NCBI GenBank assembly: GCA_964019425.1
Contig: OZ025794.1
Span: forward strand, 1,302,001-1,366,000
Direction: 5' to 3'
DNA: 64,000 nt
DNA from: Flectonema sp. DT1601
Taxonomy: Eukaryota
Shown here one piece after another: positions 57,501-64,000 of the stretch. The notes beneath the pieces are model-generated. The model was not told where the DNA came from. It made no database searches and saw only the letters and a list, made by a program, of their open reading frames with translations. How positions within the stretch are numbered: position 1 is the stretch's first letter; the number at the start of each line of letters is the position of its first letter. A program made the position numbers and the translations under genes.

Positions 57501-57662
57501 CAAGATTATTTAATTACCTGCATCAACTGCTATGAACCAGCACCCACAGAAGACGGTTCCTGTTCTCGATGTGGTCACAGTCTATCTCCAGAGAGAGAAC
57601 GGTTTACTTTCTCTGATAGAGCCAGTACCGTTCTTAGAAATATCAAAGCTGTTTATTTGTAG
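54534..57662 (+). CDS. Membrane protein with 8 PAN/apple-like Cys repeats, two TM helices and a cytosolic Zn-ribbon
   Basis: Eight C-x3-C-x5-C-x2-F...C-x-(L/F)-x4-5-C units; N-terminal and C-terminal TMs; CINC-x11-CSRC near the C-terminus. Confidence 0.75.
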   Translation: MAKGGEEKDTKSGKKKSDSGERSSCQKALLYGKIFLCLVLLGGLGYGGLYVYNNFFKDDDVVADCSEYHLLWDSGSCTPEKWGAIIIVNESRPHTVKSCGDKCTSNSECENFILDEETDCILLKGNCTRSPIDKGVALYQRKRSACVDTTQPGVTPSPPPPCKDESSWIDKYPAALGSSCLEYVTNKTFKSEVIPNTTKDSCGCSCLSSSWCESFLIWEDDCILLQEGCTLADTAGFDYFGPVPKVCEQESSLDVTFPQNSGYGCREYFEFTQNPQITTRKLDSTSRIECGCECLKETWCDAFVIQNSDCYLLPSGCTLVPASNSNYFGRIKGDTRVPMTSTPRTSLPDNIQCTRIIWDAFFTVTPKHGCLEYNSYASDPAVTVEVVEANVEQCGCKCYESLKCKAFVIWGGDCHMFSEPCTPSAISLMDLYGMIQNTYVPVNTLVPVLPPPTLVPPVTSSVPATAEPVMECSEDSSWDIRFPSHLGNGCAELSSYESSPQVVILTVENKTRIECGCECIDTSWCVVFIMNKANCILVSSRCTVDGDQEYDYFGHVIGDTDIPETASPPTTPVPTTQAPPSTESPPGVTLSPPTNVPDTLQPSPANRTCVQDSSWDTLFKEHVGNSCVELSEILNSTILKSKVINNIGTRFECGCRCLNQSWCSSFVITNDDCYLLSVTCSIEVNASVSYYGPLKDSTSIPETVVPVPNQTTAPIALNATCEPEARNMSQFAHIPKGTCSEMSIANFTRRVIRSSSLSPPALSFTKETCSCQCYRHSWCKGFQLSGDFTTCTLFQEGCTVSQSFAVDIPGNLFIVEPALALACKTATELLTTSFKQHNESICVTKSAAESRQGDSSIVTPEQCGCECDKLKWCQAFTFDWEKRNCTFYAAGGCDDKKTGQVLTTAFVRSIPPAPKSSSSSPVGVIVGIAAAVLVCGCVGGLFYVKKKKSSKKSENSTKFNFELGYENYGDEALTDYADLTTDSLEEAMAQDYLITCINCYEPAPTEDGSCSRCGHSLSPERERFTFSDRASTVLRNIKAVYL

Positions 57663-59259
57663 GGAACCATGCAGGTGGCTATGATGGTCTTACCCTTTCA
57701 CATTTTTATCATTAGAAAGTGTCGAACGACAAATTAACATCCGATCAGTGTTGGTATGAAAGAGTCAAAAAAGTTTCATCTCCGTTACCATTCAGCCATG
57801 CTCGCTCTGAAAGACAGCTGGGCAATTCGATGTGTCCCGTGTAAAGTCTGGGGAGCACCCCTAGCCATTTTGGATTTTGTAGTAAACGCCCCGTTCTGAA
57901 ACTATTTGTGCAGTAAACGCTAGTTTGCCCTTTCTTTTTTAAAATAAAATATTTCGCATTATACTTTGCTATTACTTGTCGGGCCTTTTTTTTTTTTTTC
58001 CCTTTCCCCGCAGAGTTGTTACTGTTTTTGCATTGTCACTCCGGTGAGTGAAACTTGAGACAGTGAAGCAGTTAAGTTGGTCTCTTGTTTCTTTTTTGCG
58101 TGATTGTTTCTGAAAGGGAATTGTGGCGCCGTAACTAACCTATTATTTTGTTATGATTTCGTACGTTTGTTATGCACGAACAAAAGTTTGAGTAAAAAGT
58201 GAAGTTGGCCGATTCTTTTTTTTCTTCCTCTTGAAGACTAGTTTTACAAAGAAAATCGTACCAACATTATGCTTTTCCTTTACTTTAGTTTGTTTACAGT
58301 TGCGCAGGTGAGTAAAAAGTAAAATTTGTTTCTTTTTTTTTCTTCTTTAATAGAGTATTACCTTTTGGGGTCGATCCCCCGTTCGATTGTTGACAATAAT
58401 GAGAAGGGAAGATAAAGGCACTAACACTCATGTGCCTATTAACGACCGACACTTTACTGTGATCTTTTTTAGTGAGCTTCGAGAGGTTATTATGAAGAGT
58501 TTTTATGCTCTATGTTTTTTTCTTTTTGTACCGATGTAGTCGGAGAAGAAGCTATTTCAGATTGAAAGCTGTTATTTCTCATGGTCGTGACTTAATTCCC
58601 CCGTGCGACGGGATTCTGTCTGCGTTCGATGAAATGTAAGGCTAATTTGAATGGTTTTCTTTTTTTCTTTTTGTGTACCGACATGGTCGGTGAAGAAACC
58701 ACTGATTGCAGAAAGTCGATATTTCTAATGCCATGACAATTTCTTGTGTTCAACACGAAATAAAAAGGCCAATGTGGAAGTGGTTGTTATTGTATTGTTA
58801 AAACAAGTTGCTAATACGCTTTACTGTGTCCGCATAACTAACATAAGTAATAAGTCTTTTATTGATATCACTTTATAAACATTATTGTATTTTATTATGT
58901 TGTATCTGTTTTGGTTCATTTTTTTATTTTTATTGTTTGTTAAAATAGTTTTTTTTTTAGAGAGAGAGGAGAGTTTTTCTTAATTTAATTTACCCCCTCT
59001 TCACAGGATTACTCTCGAAACCTAATAGTTACTTTAAAAGGCTAAGTTAAGCATCACCATAGTCACTGTATCCTTGACGGATGTTAAACCATCGCTATGT
59101 TAACGCGATACAAAATAGTTGTATTTTACAAATTCAAACATTCAACCCCCCTTCACAGGTCATTAAATGCAAAGCTGTTGTTAGATCTCAAGTGAACTTT
59201 TAAAAATATCATTATTAGCATTCCAATAACAGCCTAATACAATTACACGTTACACTTAA

Positions 59260-59607
59260 ATGTCTGGACAAGGAGGAGGAGGTGGTGGTGGTAGTGGTGG
59301 TGGTGGAGGTAATGTATCCGTAGCCAGCGGAGGAGCTGATTTCAACCATCAAGCTAGAATAGATGACAAACCACCAGCTCCAAACTTTGTCAGAACACCT
59401 GGTGGTGGATGGGCTCCATTAGCCACACCTGAAACACCAAGTATGATGATAATTTATGTTAATTAATTAATTTATTTCATTAGTCTTTATTAATACTAAA
59501 CAGATTACTCCGATCACATTAAGAATCAATTCGTAGTACTCGGGAAAGGATTTCCTGAAGAAGTAAATACCTTCGGACCTCAAACAGCTGGTTGTTATAT
59601 TTCATAA
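59260..59607 (+). CDS. 94-aa Gly-rich microprotein ending in CaaX (CYIS); exons 59260-59440, 59504-59607
   Basis: Removing the 63-nt intron 59441-59503 (GTATGA...CTAAACAG) gives ...ETPNYSDHIKNQFVVLGKGFPEEVNTFGPQTAGCYIS*. Confidence 0.7.
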
Positions 59608-59768
59608 ATAGAAGAACACCCCGCCAGGCCTTTTTCTGCTAAAAAGAAATCCTATTCTGTTTTGTTAGTCAAATGTTTGTTTCGGGTTACAGTTCAGCAC
59701 GCAATTCAGTTTTTTATATTAACCTTTTATTTCTCAGAACCCAACTAACAAATAAGAAGAAAGAAAAA

Positions 59769-61055
59769 ATGGTTTTTGTTAAAAATATTCAAATGGAAGA
59801 AGCGTTAAGTGCAATTGCCGGGGTGAAGGAATTCCGAGTTAAAAAATGTGATAAAATGGGTTACACTATTCTGAATTATGATTTTGCGCATGGGAAGACG
59901 TTTCCAAACCCAGCAGAAAAGGGAATATCAGAAAAAGAATCTAGAAGAAGAGGAATTCTAAGAGAATGCAGGGGACTAATGTTTGACAGCAAGAGCGGTG
60001 AAATTATTGCTCGCAGGTATCACAAGTTTTTTAATATCGGTGAAAAAAAAGAAACCCAACCGGAAGTAATTGACCTGACAAACGGTTTCCACATTCTTGA
60101 TAAGCTCGACGGTCAGCTTGCAAGTCCTTTTCTAATTAGAGGTGAAGTCAGATGGGGTACCAAAATGGGATTCAACACTCAGTCTGATATCGAAAAAATG
60201 TTTGTCCAGTTCAATTCCCACTACAATGATTTTTCAAAAAAATGGTTGGAAGAAGGAATGACTCCTCTATTCGAATGGTGTTCTCCATCTGCACCAATTG
60301 TGATCAGACACACAAAAGACAGATTGATATTAACGGCAATCAGATGCAACAAAACCGGGTCCTACATGCCATTTGAGCAGATGGAAAAAGCTGCGAACGA
60401 GCACACCGTTGACTGTGTTACTCCGTTAATCAGAGGATCAGATCTTAACATACAGACAGCTGATGAATTAGTAAAACACGTGGATCCAATGAAAGATACT
60501 GAAGGTTGTGTTGTTGTTCTTGGTAATGGTTTGATGTATAAAATTAAAACATCTTGGTATCGATCATTAGCAAGTAGATCAAAAGCATCAGGATTTCAGT
60601 ATATGCAAGAAGCAGACGTATGGAAGTCTATCCTTGACGGTACAATTGATGACAACATCTCTCAAATACCAACTGACAAGCTTGAGAAGATTAGAAAGTA
60701 TACCTCCATGTTGTGGGAAGCTTTATCAGACTTCGTAGATCAACACTTGGATTCTGTTAATGAATTTATTAAAATCCTCAACACGACTGATAGAAGAACA
60801 GCTGCATCAGTTGTGGGTAAGAAGTATCCAAAAAACCGTCGAAAGCCTTCCGTGAATGCGATCAACGCAATGATGGGTAAATTCTTACTCGGGTTAAAAA
60901 ACACTCAAATTCCTGATACGTCATTCACTCACGAACGGTTGAGGGCTTTATTAGTACCTGTGTTTATAAAGGTGATGTACTCGTTGGGTAACAAAGCAAA
61001 GCATGTTCCTCTTGATATTCCGAAATGGATTGACTTTATGCATGCCCCTCTATAG
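59769..61055 (+). CDS. T4 RNA ligase 1 (Rnl1/RnlA)-family ATP-dependent RNA ligase
   Basis: ECRGLMFD, RRYHKFFN.GE, motif I KLDG, TPLFEW, LILTAIR, motif IV EGCVV, motif V YKIKTSWY. Start taken after the acceptor-like AG at 59737. Confidence 0.88.
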   Translation: MVFVKNIQMEEALSAIAGVKEFRVKKCDKMGYTILNYDFAHGKTFPNPAEKGISEKESRRRGILRECRGLMFDSKSGEIIARRYHKFFNIGEKKETQPEVIDLTNGFHILDKLDGQLASPFLIRGEVRWGTKMGFNTQSDIEKMFVQFNSHYNDFSKKWLEEGMTPLFEWCSPSAPIVIRHTKDRLILTAIRCNKTGSYMPFEQMEKAANEHTVDCVTPLIRGSDLNIQTADELVKHVDPMKDTEGCVVVLGNGLMYKIKTSWYRSLASRSKASGFQYMQEADVWKSILDGTIDDNISQIPTDKLEKIRKYTSMLWEALSDFVDQHLDSVNEFIKILNTTDRRTAASVVGKKYPKNRRKPSVNAINAMMGKFLLGLKNTQIPDTSFTHERLRALLVPVFIKVMYSLGNKAKHVPLDIPKWIDFMHAPL

Positions 61056-61451
61056 TGGTAAGGCTATAGTCGTAAGGTTACAAAAAAGAAACCGAATTAG
61101 TATTTTTTTCCTGCGTTGGCCACTCGTGTCTTTCTTCCGTTTCTAGCCCACGGAGCCGGCGGGATTTCTACTTTTTTTTTTTTTTTTTTTCCGACTCTCC
61201 TTTTTTTTTTTTTTTTTTTTTTTGATTATTATGAAATCGTTTCATTTTCCTTTCAACTGCTACTGTGTGGCCAAACTAACACGACACACGGGAGGTGTTT
61301 ATTATTAACGATGGTTGATATGTTATTGTATTTTATAATTAGGAATTAATCCAAAATCTAATTACCTCTATTGATGTTTAGTCTTTGCCGTCTAACTTGT
61401 GATCTGGGAGTTCTGTTTAATTAATTTATTTTCCCTTTCAGACACACAAGG

Positions 61452-62792
61452 ATGAAGGTATTCCCTGAATCTGAGATTACAAGCAGCTCAAACTTGATAA
61501 TAATAAACGGCAGCGTCATTGATGTGTCGAAGTTTATGAAGATTCATCCTGGTGGGGAAGAGTTGATTAAAGACGTTATAGGAACTGATGCTACCACAGC
61601 ATACAAAATGGCAAGACACTCTCCAAAGGCTGACGCTATAATAGACAGACTGACAGTTGGGAAAGCAAAGCAATCAGAGACGGCGATGTTGTTGACAGTC
61701 GCTGATGTCGAAGCAAAAGCAGCAGAAAAACTAACTTCAAACGCACTTCTTTACTACAATGCTGGTGCTGAAGGAGGTGAAGCCATATCAGAAAGTAAAG
61801 CAGCTTGGGGAAGGTACTGGTTGATTCCAAGAGTACTTGTCAACGTATCAAACGTCAGCACTGAATGCAAACTTCTTAACAATGACATTATCGCAGGTCC
61901 GATTTTAGCGGCACCAACAGCGCTATTAAAAATGGGACACCCAGAAGGTGAAAAGGCCGTAGCTCAGGGATGTCATTCAGTTGGTTTAGGAAACTGTCTT
62001 TCAACCACATCTTCTGTTTCTATGGAAGACGTTCACAAATCATCACCTGAATGTTATAAATGGTTTCAACTATACGTCTATCGAGATAAAAAAATAACCC
62101 TCGACCTCATGAAGAGAGCTGAACAGAATAACTACTCAGCCATCTGTTTAACAGTTGATTTACCTGTACTTGGAAACAGAACATCACTTCAAAAAGGTGG
62201 ATTCAAAGTACCCGATGGTATTGGAGTAAGAAATATAAAAGATTCAGCCAAATCAACACCTGGAGATCGGAAGGCATATGTAAGTAAGTTGTATGATCAA
62301 AATATAACTGAGGAATTGTTAGTATGGATGTCGTCTCATACGAAGCTTCCAATTATTGTTAAAGGAGTTCTAAGTGTTGAGAGTGCTATTCGTATCGCTA
62401 AGATATCATGTGTTAAAGGGATTGTTGTATCAAATCATGGAGGTAGACAGCTTAACAGTGCTATACCTCCAGCTTTAGCACTCCCTTCTATATCAGATGC
62501 GGTTCAGAACTGTAATATTGCGAGAGTTAAAAACGGTCTTGTTCCAGTTCAAATATTCGCTGATGGAGGAATCCGACGCGGATCAGATATCTTTAAGGCA
62601 CTCGCTCTCGGTGCTACAGCTGTTCTTATTGGTCGTCCAGTTATTTATGGAATGGCTGTGGGTGGTGCAGAAGGTGTTCAAAAAGTTCTTTCAATATTTC
62701 TCGAAGAGTTAACAAATTGCATGCAGCTCAGTGGTGCTAAGAACCTCTCAGAGATAACACGTGATATGGTGTCATTGAAGTCTAATTATTAA
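61452..62792 (+). CDS. Cytochrome b5 + FMN-dependent alpha-hydroxy acid dehydrogenase/oxidase fusion (flavocytochrome b2-like)
   Basis: b5 domain DVSKFMKIHPGG...GTDAT...HS; FMN domain WFQLY, LTVDLPVLGNR, LPIIVKG, SNHGGRQL, DGGIRRGSDIFKALALGA. Confidence 0.92.
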   Translation: MKVFPESEITSSSNLIIINGSVIDVSKFMKIHPGGEELIKDVIGTDATTAYKMARHSPKADAIIDRLTVGKAKQSETAMLLTVADVEAKAAEKLTSNALLYYNAGAEGGEAISESKAAWGRYWLIPRVLVNVSNVSTECKLLNNDIIAGPILAAPTALLKMGHPEGEKAVAQGCHSVGLGNCLSTTSSVSMEDVHKSSPECYKWFQLYVYRDKKITLDLMKRAEQNNYSAICLTVDLPVLGNRTSLQKGGFKVPDGIGVRNIKDSAKSTPGDRKAYVSKLYDQNITEELLVWMSSHTKLPIIVKGVLSVESAIRIAKISCVKGIVVSNHGGRQLNSAIPPALALPSISDAVQNCNIARVKNGLVPVQIFADGGIRRGSDIFKALALGATAVLIGRPVIYGMAVGGAEGVQKVLSIFLEELTNCMQLSGAKNLSEITRDMVSLKSNY

Positions 62793-62993
62793 TCTAAAGC
62801 ACTGCAGTCATTACGATTCGTGAGTCTTGTAGACTATCTTGTGAATACGTCAGCGTTCGTCATTAACCAATCTCCACTTTTCGGTATCTGACTAACCATT
62901 TTATTCACTATGTTGTGAGTGAGATTCTACCTTGATACCTACAATGGATTATCATCATTTATATTTGTTTAGGAACAAAAATAAGAATAAAAA

Positions 62994-64000
62994 ATGGATC
63001 AAACAGAAGGAGGATGGATGTTGGAACAGGTAGGCGAAAGCTTCATCGCAAGTACCGGAAAGTGGTTGTTTAGAGGGAATATGGGAATTGATAGTGACGC
63101 CTCTCTCACTAAAGTTGCTCTGAAGGGAAAGCCAGTCAGGTCGATAGCTGAGAGCTCTGATGTATTATTTACAGTTGGAGATGAGAAAGTGATTGAAGCA
63201 AGGAGTAAGAATACACTAGAGGTAACACACACTAGCGATGCATTTGGAAAGAAGTTGGGAAAAGTTTACTTGTTGAATCCTAAAGACACAACAAAAATAT
63301 TAGTAGCCGATAAGACTGGTGATGTTTTTATTCTCAGCTTTGGTGATGAAGGATTTTCAAAACCTGAATTCTTTGTAGGACACACAGCGAGTATGATCAC
63401 AGGACTGACTTCATGTTTATCAAACAAGATTGTTGTTACTACTGACAAAGATGAACACATCAGATTTACGAGATACCCAACTACTTCAATAATAGAAGGA
63501 TACGCATTTGGACATACTGGATTCGTGTCAGCTCTTCAGAAAGTTTCAGAGAATGTAATTGCGACCGGAGGAGGTGACGGTTTGCTAAAGATTTGGGAAG
63601 TTCCAACTGGAAAATGTTTATTTACCGACTCGTACAGTGCTACCTGTACTATCAATGACTTATCTTTTGATTGTTCAACGAGTACATTGTTTGCTGCTGT
63701 TGAAGGTGTCGGAACTGTTAGCTACAAACTGGACCCTTCAAACTTACAAAACATCGTCGTGACAAAGACTGGAGTCATCGCCTCTAGAGTAGCCAGTCAA
63801 ATCATTTCATGCGGAGGTGTTCTAGTTGCTGCTTACATCGGATCAGGACAACCTTTTATTGAAAAGTTTTGTACCAAACCTCTTTCTGGTACTCAACAAT
63901 CACAAGTCTCACTAAAACCAATAGCTGTTGGACTTGGAGCTGATATTGTTGAAGTTAAACCTTCCTATTGGCAGGTGTGTACTTGTTGATGGTTTTTGTT
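62994..64000 (+). CDS. TRM82: WD40 protein WDR4/Trm82 (non-catalytic subunit of tRNA m7G46 methyltransferase), 3'-truncated; probable intron from 63975
   Basis: VADKTGDV, GHTASMIT, TTDKDEHIR..RYP, FGHTGFVS, GGGDG.LKIW; CAG|GTGTGT followed by T-rich sequence at the window end. Confidence 0.8.

Noticed and set aside
58365..58392. GGGGTCGATCCCC hairpin resembling a tRNA T-arm
   Set aside because: Isolated hairpin with no cloverleaf.

Overview
AT-rich eukaryotic (protist) genomic DNA. About 24 protein-coding genes all lie on the + strand. Most have a T/C-rich tract ending in AG shortly upstream of the ATG, and a few carry short (63-98 nt) GT-AG introns near their 3' ends. This suggests a euglenozoan with directional gene clusters and SL trans-splicing plus some cis-splicing. 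A diplonemid-like organism is my inference, not proven. Recognisable genes: NEK kinase, MFS sugar porter, GINS Sld5, RecQ1, a CmcJ/AsaB-like 2OG-Fe(II) oxygenase, a DUF1275 protein, a receptor tyrosine-kinase-like protein, two tandem UAP56/Sub2 helicases, a SNF1/CIPK-like kinase, RRP4, a PAN-repeat membrane protein, a T4 Rnl1-type RNA ligase, a cytochrome b5-hydroxyacid oxidase fusion and WDR4/Trm82. The only credible minus-strand coding sequence is inside a 1.77-kb DNA transposon relic with 182-bp TIRs. Highlights: (1) a tandem pair of SYCP2/KKT17-KKT18-like proteins; (2) cis-introns with A-rich 3' ends complementary to their U-rich 5' ends, unlike the pyrimidine-rich putative trans-splice acceptors; (3) the phage-type RNA ligase; (4) an internally deleted GAG...CTC transposon; (5) gene conversion between the UAP56 paralogs and a palindromic motif array between them; (6) a spliced 94-aa CaaX microprotein missed by the ORF track. 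All family calls are by eye from motifs; no database searches were run.
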